A DNA stretch of 32,000 bases, taken from Psychrobacter cryohalolentis K5 (GTDB lineage: Bacteria > Pseudomonadota > Gammaproteobacteria > Pseudomonadales > Moraxellaceae). The stretch spans positions 840,001 to 872,000 of the forward strand of contig NC_007969.1 in assembly GCF_000013905.1 (NCBI RefSeq). The letters run 5' to 3'. Below, piece by piece: positions 25,977 through 32,000 of this stretch; positions within the stretch are counted from its first letter, which is position 1, and the number at the start of each line of letters is the position of its first letter. The notes under the pieces are model-generated. The model was not told the DNA's origin, did no database searches, and worked only from the letters and a program-made list of their open reading frames with translations. The position numbers and the translations under genes were made by a program.

Positions 25977-28088
25977 ATGCGAATGCCTGAACCGCGCTCG
26001 TCGCGTCAGTTAAATCAATTGGCCACTCAGCTGCAAGGCGAAGCTGAAATTAGTGGTGTCAACGCGTCTGGGACACAAATATCAAGTCGTGCTTTTGAGA
26101 TGGTCACCGAGTTTGAGCCAGCAGGCGATCAGCCGCAAGCGATAAAGAAACTGGTTAATGGTATTAATGCTGGCATGGATGAGCAGCTATTACTGGGTGT
26201 GACGGGTTCTGGTAAGACCTATACCATGGCAAAGGTCATCTCTGAGACGCAACGTCCAACTATTATCATGGCACATAATAAAACGCTTGCCGCTCAGTTA
26301 TATGGTGAGTTTAAGTCGTTTTTCCCCAATAATGCAGTTGAGTATTTCGTCAGTTATTATGACTATTATCAGCCAGAAGCCTATGTCGCAGCGAGCGATA
26401 CTTTTATCGAAAAAGACAGCGCCATTAATGATCATATTGACCAGATGCGTCTGTCAGCGACGCGTGCACTACTTGAGCGTCGTGATGCAATTATCGTCGC
26501 CTCGGTATCCTGTATCTATGGTCTAGGTGATCCAGAAAGTTATCTAAAAATGCTGCTGCACGTCGTCGTTGGTGACAAAATCGATCGCACTGCTACCATT
26601 AAACGTCTTGTTGAAATGCAATATACGCGCAATGAGCTAGACTTTGGACGAGGTACGTATCGGCTGCGTGGTGAGCTGTTAGATATTTATCCTGCTGAGT
26701 CTGAGCAGCTAGCGGTGCGTGTGCACTTGTTTGATAATGAAGTGGAAAAAATCACGTGGTTTGATCCTTTAACGGGTAAGACCGTGCGTACCGTGCCACG
26801 TATTACTATTTATCCAAAATCACATTACGTGACGCCGCGCAATAAATTGGAGGCTGCGAGCCATACAATTCGTGCTGAGCTTGAGCCACGCTTGGAGTAT
26901 TTCCGCGAAAACAATAAACTAATTGAAGCACAGCGTCTTAAAGAGCGTACTCAGTATGATCTTGAGATGATTCAACAGCTCGGCTACTGTAACGGTATCG
27001 AAAACTACTCACAGCATCTGTCTGGTCGTCCATCAGGGGAAGCACCACCGACTTTGTTTGATTACATTCCAGAGGATGCGTTATTATTTCTTGATGAGTC
27101 GCACGTGACTGTGTCGCAGATTGGTGCAATGTATAAGGGCGATAGATCGCGTAAAGAGAATCTTGTCAATTATGGCTTTCGTCTACCAAGTGCTATGAAT
27201 AACCGCCCGATGAAGTTTGAAGAGTGGGAGCGTATCAAGCCTAAGACTATTTATGTGAGTGCCACGCCTGCATTGTATGAGCTTGAGCACAGCGAGCAAG
27301 TGGTCGAGCAAGTCGTACGTCCGACCGGTTTGATTGACCCTGAAATTGAGATACGTCCTGTATTGACGCAAGTCGATGATGTGCTGTCTGAGATTACCAA
27401 GCGCCGAGAAAAAGACGAACGCGTGTTAATCACTACCTTGACCAAGCGTATGTCAGAGGATTTGACCAGCTATCTCAAAGAATATGATGTCAAAGTTGCT
27501 TACCTACACTCGGATATCGATACCCTTGAGCGTATGCAGATTATCCATGAGCTGCGTACGGGCGTACATGATGTGTTGGTCGGCATTAATCTATTGCGTG
27601 AAGGGTTAGATATGCCAGAGGTGTCATTGGTCGCGATATTTGATGCCGATAAAGAGGGTTTTTTGCGCTCTGAACGTGCTCTGATTCAGACCATTGGTCG
27701 GGCGGCGCGTCATATTAATGGTAAAGCCATTCTCTATGCTGATCGTATTACCAACAGTATGCAAAAAGCGATCGATGAGACCGATCGTCGCCGCGAAAAA
27801 CAAGTCGCCTTCAACCTTGAACATAACATTACGCCAACAGGTGCGCGCCGTAGTATCACGGATAAAATTGACACAGGTGATGACCATGATGCCAACGATA
27901 ATCAGATGATTCCAATTAAGAGCAATCTGCCTGATGTCGATATCAGTATCTTACGCAGTCCTGATTTATTGGCTAAAGAGATCAATCGTCTTGAGAAGCT
28001 CATGAAGCAGATGTCGCGTGACTTAAAGTTTGAGGATGCCGCGAAAACGCGTGACAAAGTGCTAGAGCTAAAAGCGCATTTACTGTAA
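25977..28088 (+). CDS. uvrB: Excinuclease ABC subunit B UvrB
   Basis: 703-aa ORF with PAGDQPQAI, Walker [13 protein letters not shown], helicase motifs and a C-terminal UVR domain ([15 protein letters not shown]). An AGGAAG ribosome-binding site is present. It has about 35 extra N-terminal residues relative to E. coli UvrB. Confidence 0.95.
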   Translation: MRMPEPRSSRQLNQLATQLQGEAEISGVNASGTQISSRAFEMVTEFEPAGDQPQAIKKLVNGINAGMDEQLLLGVTGSGKTYTMAKVISETQRPTIIMAHNKTLAAQLYGEFKSFFPNNAVEYFVSYYDYYQPEAYVAASDTFIEKDSAINDHIDQMRLSATRALLERRDAIIVASVSCIYGLGDPESYLKMLLHVVVGDKIDRTATIKRLVEMQYTRNELDFGRGTYRLRGELLDIYPAESEQLAVRVHLFDNEVEKITWFDPLTGKTVRTVPRITIYPKSHYVTPRNKLEAASHTIRAELEPRLEYFRENNKLIEAQRLKERTQYDLEMIQQLGYCNGIENYSQHLSGRPSGEAPPTLFDYIPEDALLFLDESHVTVSQIGAMYKGDRSRKENLVNYGFRLPSAMNNRPMKFEEWERIKPKTIYVSATPALYELEHSEQVVEQVVRPTGLIDPEIEIRPVLTQVDDVLSEITKRREKDERVLITTLTKRMSEDLTSYLKEYDVKVAYLHSDIDTLERMQIIHELRTGVHDVLVGINLLREGLDMPEVSLVAIFDADKEGFLRSERALIQTIGRAARHINGKAILYADRITNSMQKAIDETDRRREKQVAFNLEHNITPTGARRSITDKIDTGDDHDANDNQMIPIKSNLPDVDISILRSPDLLAKEINRLEKLMKQMSRDLKFEDAAKTRDKVLELKAHLL

Positions 28089-28118
28089 AGAGTAAAACTA
28101 TAATTTCAAAATAGTAAT

Positions 28119-28156
28119 AAAAAGGTGAGTTGCCAACGGTGCAGCTCACCTTTTTT
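28119..28156 (+). terminator. Rho-independent terminator after uvrB
   Basis: AAAAGGTGAGTTGC-CAACGG-TGCAGCTCACCTTTTTT forms a stem with one mismatch, followed by a T run. Confidence 0.75.
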
Positions 28157-28215
28157 ATGGTCTTTTTATAACCAAAATAACCTCGCTTTTGCCTGAGGTT
28201 ATTAATAACCAATAA

Positions 28216-28244
28216 TTGGTAATGACAAAACTTGTGTTTATACT
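28216..28244 (+). promoter_or_regulatory. Candidate sigma70 promoter for the aminotransferase gene
   Basis: TTGGTA, a 17-nt spacer and TATACT lie about 70 nt upstream of ATG 28317. Confidence 0.35.
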
Positions 28245-28316
28245 AAATGCCAATTAATATGATATCAATGAGCAATATGAACTTATAACAACGGACGTTG
28301 AGGCACATAATCCATC

Positions 28317-29369
28317 ATGCAAAATAATAAATGCTTAGAATTAAATGCGAATGAAAACTCACTAGGCATGTCAGCTTCTGCCAAACAAGCCATTACAGAC
28401 TCTTTAGGTGCAGGCTTCCGTTATCCAGATAACCCACGTGCGGCACTCATTAGCAAAATTGCCACCATCCATGGCGTGGCAGAAAACCAAATCTCATTAG
28501 GCAATGGCTCGACTGAAAATATTCGAGCTACCTTACAAATGCTGCAATATAAAGCTCTAAAAGAGGGCAGGCAGTTTCAAATGGTGATCCCTGTTCCCAC
28601 TTTTGATTGCGCAGAGATGTATGCAAATGCAATTGGCGTGCCCGTCGTCAAGATACCGTTAACCACTGAAAACTATGATTATGATTTTGACGAACTACAA
28701 AAAGCAGCTGACGATTTTGATGGCATAAGCCTACTTTACATTTGTAATCCAAACAACCCAACTGGAATCATTACTTCAACTTCAAGGCTTAAAGCTTGGG
28801 TAAGTAATGCACCAGACAACCATTACTTTTTATTAGATCAAGCGTACTTGGAGTACGTGTCAGACGCAAGCTTTGAGAGTGGGATTGAATGGGTAAAACA
28901 AGGGTTATCAGACAAGCTTATTGTCATTCATACTTTTTCAAAGTTATGTGCCTTAGCTGGTATGCGAGTGGGCTATGCGATTTCTAACCCGCAAGCTATT
29001 GAGACTGTCGAAGCATTTATGTCTATGGATAACACCAACTTGTCAGGTGCGGTTGCTGCTATTGCGACGTTAAATGATGCAGAGTTTTTAGCGCTAAGTT
29101 TGCGCAATACCAATCAGTCGCGTCAGATGATTGAAACAGTCTTAGACGATCTGGGACTGCGTTATTTACCCTCACAGACCAACTTTATTTTTCATGAAAT
29201 AAAAGGTGATTTAAAAACATATATCGACAGAATGCGAGACCATGGCATCAAGGTTGGTCGCGAGTTCCCACCTGTTACAGGCTTCAACCGCTTAACACTT
29301 GGTACGCCTGATGAAATGGCAGCATTTATCAAAGTACTAAAGTTATTTCGTGAAAAGGACTGGGTATAA
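28317..29369 (+). CDS. Class-II PLP-dependent aminotransferase, histidinol-phosphate aminotransferase (HisC) family
   Basis: 350-aa ORF with LNANENSLG, the NPNNPTG motif and the PLP-lysine context TFSKLCALAGMRVGY. It is not in a his operon context here. Confidence 0.85.
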   Translation: MQNNKCLELNANENSLGMSASAKQAITDSLGAGFRYPDNPRAALISKIATIHGVAENQISLGNGSTENIRATLQMLQYKALKEGRQFQMVIPVPTFDCAEMYANAIGVPVVKIPLTTENYDYDFDELQKAADDFDGISLLYICNPNNPTGIITSTSRLKAWVSNAPDNHYFLLDQAYLEYVSDASFESGIEWVKQGLSDKLIVIHTFSKLCALAGMRVGYAISNPQAIETVEAFMSMDNTNLSGAVAAIATLNDAEFLALSLRNTNQSRQMIETVLDDLGLRYLPSQTNFIFHEIKGDLKTYIDRMRDHGIKVGREFPPVTGFNRLTLGTPDEMAAFIKVLKLFREKDWV

Positions 29370-29545
29370 GTGAGATAAATCATATGTCTTAACCAACCTC
29401 AAACGCAGTTTTACATATCCCACCTTAAAAAACACCACTTTATCTTATAAGATTGGTCAGTTAAGCACACTCTTTTAGATTACTAGCTTTCAAGTTGCTA
29501 GATAAATTTAAGTCGCTGGATAAACGCTGAGCGATAGCTAAAGTT

Positions 29546-29962
29546 ATGTGTGCTAACGTAAATTATAATTATAAGGTTAAAGATATATTCATGTTTGATA
29601 TCAAATCATTTTTTAAACGAGAAGTAGAAAAAAAACTCATCAACTTAGACGATTATATTTTTATGCCTGAGCGTGTAGAGATGGCGCTAGAAGGCGGATT
29701 ATTAAATTGTGTACTCAATAGTGATGGTCGAGTGGATGTTTTTTATACCAAGGACGGCGTGACAGAAGTAAGTTCTGCATCACGTAAGCATCCATTTACT
29801 GCGTTTGAGACCGAGCTATATCATGGGGTTTATGATGATATTATTCATGATTTGACTAAAGAGGTGAGTAAGATACTTGAGCGTCGGTCAAAATATTTTC
29901 GCCAGAACAAGACATTGCATCCTACAGCGTCTCTAATGTCTCAGCCACATTACAACAAGTAA
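29546..29962 (+). CDS. Hypothetical protein (no family recognised)
   Basis: 138-aa ORF followed by a strong terminator. An alternative start at ATG 29591 (MFDIKSFF) is possible. Neither start has a convincing ribosome-binding site. Confidence 0.45.
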   Translation: MCANVNYNYKVKDIFMFDIKSFFKREVEKKLINLDDYIFMPERVEMALEGGLLNCVLNSDGRVDVFYTKDGVTEVSSASRKHPFTAFETELYHGVYDDIIHDLTKEVSKILERRSKYFRQNKTLHPTASLMSQPHYNK

Positions 29963-30018
29963 GCTATAGGCTGGTTTGAACTATTGTAGGTTTAGAAGAA
30001 GTAAAAGCAATTGGTAAT

Positions 30019-30056
30019 AAAAAGGGTGCGTTACATTTAAATGACGCACCCTTTTT
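30019..30056. terminator. Bidirectional rho-independent terminator
   Basis: AAAAGGGTGCGT ... ACGCACCCTTTTT forms a perfect GC-rich stem of at least 10 bp, flanked by A and T runs. Confidence 0.8.
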
Positions 30057-30102
30057 CTTACTTCATTTTTTAGTGTCAACTTGAAACAGTTACTATTGAT
30101 GC

Positions 30103-30396
30103 TTACTTTTTCGTAGCAACAGCTTTATCTTTGGCAGATAACACAGATGATTTAGTAATAGGAATAGATTGTGCGCCTTCAACTAAATGATTGGTCTTGG
30201 TTTGTGTGATCAAGCCTTTGGTAAAGAGAGTACTGTCGTCACGTGTTTTTAAAGTATTGGTGAAATATCATTCACACTGAAAAGCGTGTTCATTGATATC
30301 AACAGGGCGTTCTGCGGTTAATGATGGATCGCGATCTGTTGTTGATAATCTATACGAATAGGCTGGGTTAAGCAATCGCCAACCCAGCCTAATTAT
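30103..30396 (-). pseudogene. Possible decayed ORF (97 codons, one in-frame TGA, no ATG)
   Basis: One minus-strand frame is open for 42 codons, then has TGA (30268-30270), then 54 more codons to TAA (30103-30105). It reads ...TAERPVDINEHAFQCE*YFTNTLKTRDDSTLFTKGLITQTKTNHLVEGAQSIPITKSSVLSAKDKAVATKK. I recognise no family. Confidence 0.25.
30361..30389 (-). terminator. Hairpin downstream of the lipoprotein gene (weak terminator)
   Basis: GGCTGGGTT-11 nt-AACCCAGCC forms a perfect 9-bp stem 38 nt past the stop of the 30427-30816 gene. The U tract on the minus strand is poor. Confidence 0.45.
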
Positions 30397-30426
30397 TTAT
30401 AATGACTGATATTATTAATAAACTAT

Positions 30427-30816
30427 TTATTTAACGATACTGGAATAACAGCTCTGCAATGATTTTGCAACGACTCTAGCCACTAATTGCACACGATATT
30501 GTGGGTCTATGGCTGCATTACCCAATTCAACGATGCTGACTTGTTGCGGTGCTTGCTCACTAACGCAACCACAAACTCTGCCTTTTACCGCTTCTTCTTG
30601 CGCTTCAGTCATAGCGACACTGGCAATACGCCACGCGTTTTGCTGTTCGATCTGACTGCGACATTGATTGTCGATAGCTGCTTTAAAAACGCTCATACCG
30701 ATCTCGTTTGCAGTACCCATTGCTGTTCCTGCATTGGTATTGCCGCCCGTTGAGGCACAGCCTGCTAGTGCAAATGTTGCTAGTAATGCTGTTGATGCGA
30801 ATAATTTTTTCATCAA
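30427..30816 (-). CDS. Putative lipoprotein, function unknown
   Basis: 129-aa ORF with a signal peptide and lipobox (LATFALAGC-AS). Four further cysteines are present (C52, CGC at 82/84, C123). Confidence 0.7.
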   Translation of the reverse strand: MMKKLFASTALLATFALAGCASTGGNTNAGTAMGTANEIGMSVFKAAIDNQCRSQIEQQNAWRIASVAMTEAQEEAVKGRVCGCVSEQAPQQVSIVELGNAAIDPQYRVQLVARVVAKSLQSCYSSIVK

Positions 30817-31457
30817 ATTTCCTTTCAGGTTGATCAGTATTATGAGGGGATATTCTTAAAGTTTTATATCGTGCTGAGCAGATGTACCAAAACCTATAAA
30901 CTGCTTTTTACTGTCTATACCTTGTGATATTTGCATGATCAGTACGATTAGCAGCACAAATAAAAAGTCATCTTACTAGAACTCAATATTGATGACAAAG
31001 GAAATATAAACGTGCCATCAAAATATCTATTAACAATTGTTTTTTATACCAAGTTATGTCGTAGAAAAAATGATGATAAATATTATAGGAGTAGTTCATC
31101 TTTATGGACTTAAAGGTTTACAAGGCGGTTAAAGTTTGTTTAAATAACTTACAATATGAAACTTAGTATCGCTTAGCGAAACAAGAAAGCGGTATTTAGT
31201 GAATAATAGCGCTTAACTTTCAATAAATTTCGATTTGTAGTCAGGATAAGGGTTAGTGAGAAAAACAATATAGCAATATAAAGTCTCTCATGTTTTAATT
31301 AGATAGACTGTTTTTTTATGGCGCTCTCATGACAACAGAGTGAGTAAAAAGCCATTCAAAGTAGCACGTTGCTAGTGTGACAGATATGGATAGTACCATC
31401 ATATCTGAGTCATACTTTTTTAAGTCCATTTGCTTTATTTTATCAAGGAAGAAAATA

Positions 31458-32000
31458 ATGAAGTCCATTTATAAACTGCCTTTACTTGCGGCAATGATTG
31501 CAGCCAGTATGACAATGGTTGCCTGTTCAGACAAAGCGCCTGCTGATAGCGCAGCTACTGACGGCGCTACTGCTGACAGTGCTACTGCTGATACCACCAC
31601 AGATACTGCTGCCACAGCAAATGACAAGCTTGAAACCAAATTTGTCACCATTGCTACAGGAGGCGCCTCCGGTCCTTACAATATTATTGGAACGTCTTTA
31701 GCAGAGATTTATGCCAAGACTTTTGGCGTTAATGCTAAGACCCAAACGACAGGGGCGTCAGTAGAAAACGTCAATCTATTGACCCAAGGTAAAGTAGATA
31801 TGGTGCTGGCACTTAGTGATGTCGTCACTGATGCAGTCGAAGGTAAAAATGACTTTAAGGCACCTATCGCCAATATTCAGCAAATTGCTGTTCTGTATCC
31901 CAACGTCATTCAGCTGGTTGCTTCAGAGAAATCTGGTATCAAAAACATTGAAGATTTAAAAGGCAAACGTATTGCGGTTGGCGATCAAGGCTCTGGTACT
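31458..32000 (+). CDS. TAXI-family TRAP transporter solute receptor (lipoprotein), 5' partial, continues beyond the window
   Basis: I translated this by hand because it is absent from the ORF track; no stop occurs before the window end. An AAGGAAG ribosome-binding site precedes the ATG. It begins MKSIYKLPLLAAMIAASMTMVAC-S (lipobox), then an Ala/Thr/Asp linker, then FVTIATGGASGPYNIIGTSLAEIY ... KGKRIAVGDQGSGT, which is typical of TAXI receptors. Confidence 0.85.
   Translation, partial: MKSIYKLPLLAAMIAASMTMVACSDKAPADSAATDGATADSATADTTTDTAATANDKLETKFVTIATGGASGPYNIIGTSLAEIYAKTFGVNAKTQTTGASVENVNLLTQGKVDMVLALSDVVTDAVEGKNDFKAPIANIQQIAVLYPNVIQLVASEKSGIKNIEDLKGKRIAVGDQGSGT

Noticed and set aside
30268-30270. 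In-frame TGA as selenocysteine or programmed read-through
   Set aside because: There is no SECIS-like hairpin immediately downstream, no start codon for the frame and no recognisable selenoprotein family. Decay or chance is more likely.
31386-31457. Upstream in-frame ATG (31386) as the start of the TAXI receptor gene
   Set aside because: ATG 31458 has a strong AAGGAAG ribosome-binding site and begins a canonical lipoprotein signal peptide. The 24-codon extension would bury the signal sequence.
31469-31701. Two 60-aa ORFs (31469-31651 minus, 31519-31701 plus)
   Set aside because: Both overlap the hand-translated TAXI receptor gene in other frames. They are produced by its Ala/Thr/Asp-coding repeat region.
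1-32000. CRISPR arrays, rRNA genes, prophage, toxin-antitoxin or known defence-system genes
   Set aside because: Reading both strands, I saw no regularly spaced repeats, no rRNA-like sequence, and no nuclease, ATPase or reverse-transcriptase ORFs outside the annotated housekeeping genes.

Overview
This window looks like ordinary chromosome from an AT-leaning gammaproteobacterium. Gene content and protein sequences look Moraxellaceae or Psychrobacter-like, but that is my recognition only and is unverified.

Most of it is housekeeping:
- Minus strand: moaA, moeA, hmp, a queE / membrane protein / two TRIC-family genes block, dapD, an alpha/beta hydrolase, tRNA-Asn(GTT), dps and a GFA-family gene.
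- Plus strand: recJ, a CDF transporter, a DUF2059-like secreted protein, uvrB, a HisC-like aminotransferase and a 5' partial TAXI-type TRAP receptor.

There is one small accessory patch at 4449-7227. Two unrelated, apparently intact IS3-family elements sit 27 bp apart, each with terminal inverted repeats and a 3-bp target duplication. One of them split a rho-independent terminator hairpin in its loop. Both lie just upstream of an NsrR-like operator in front of hmp.

The most system-like, poorly understood unit is a co-directional six-gene cluster at 16187-22303: SDR, FAD oxidoreductase, DUF1365, CFA-synthase-like methyltransferase, DUF2177 and a YciA-type thioesterase. This is a conserved lipid-modification neighbourhood whose chemistry and regulation in this lineage are unknown.

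I found no CRISPR array, rRNA, prophage, integrase, or recognisable defence or toxin-antitoxin module. I cannot claim a truly novel system from sequence alone. All family assignments come from motif and sequence recognition without database searches.
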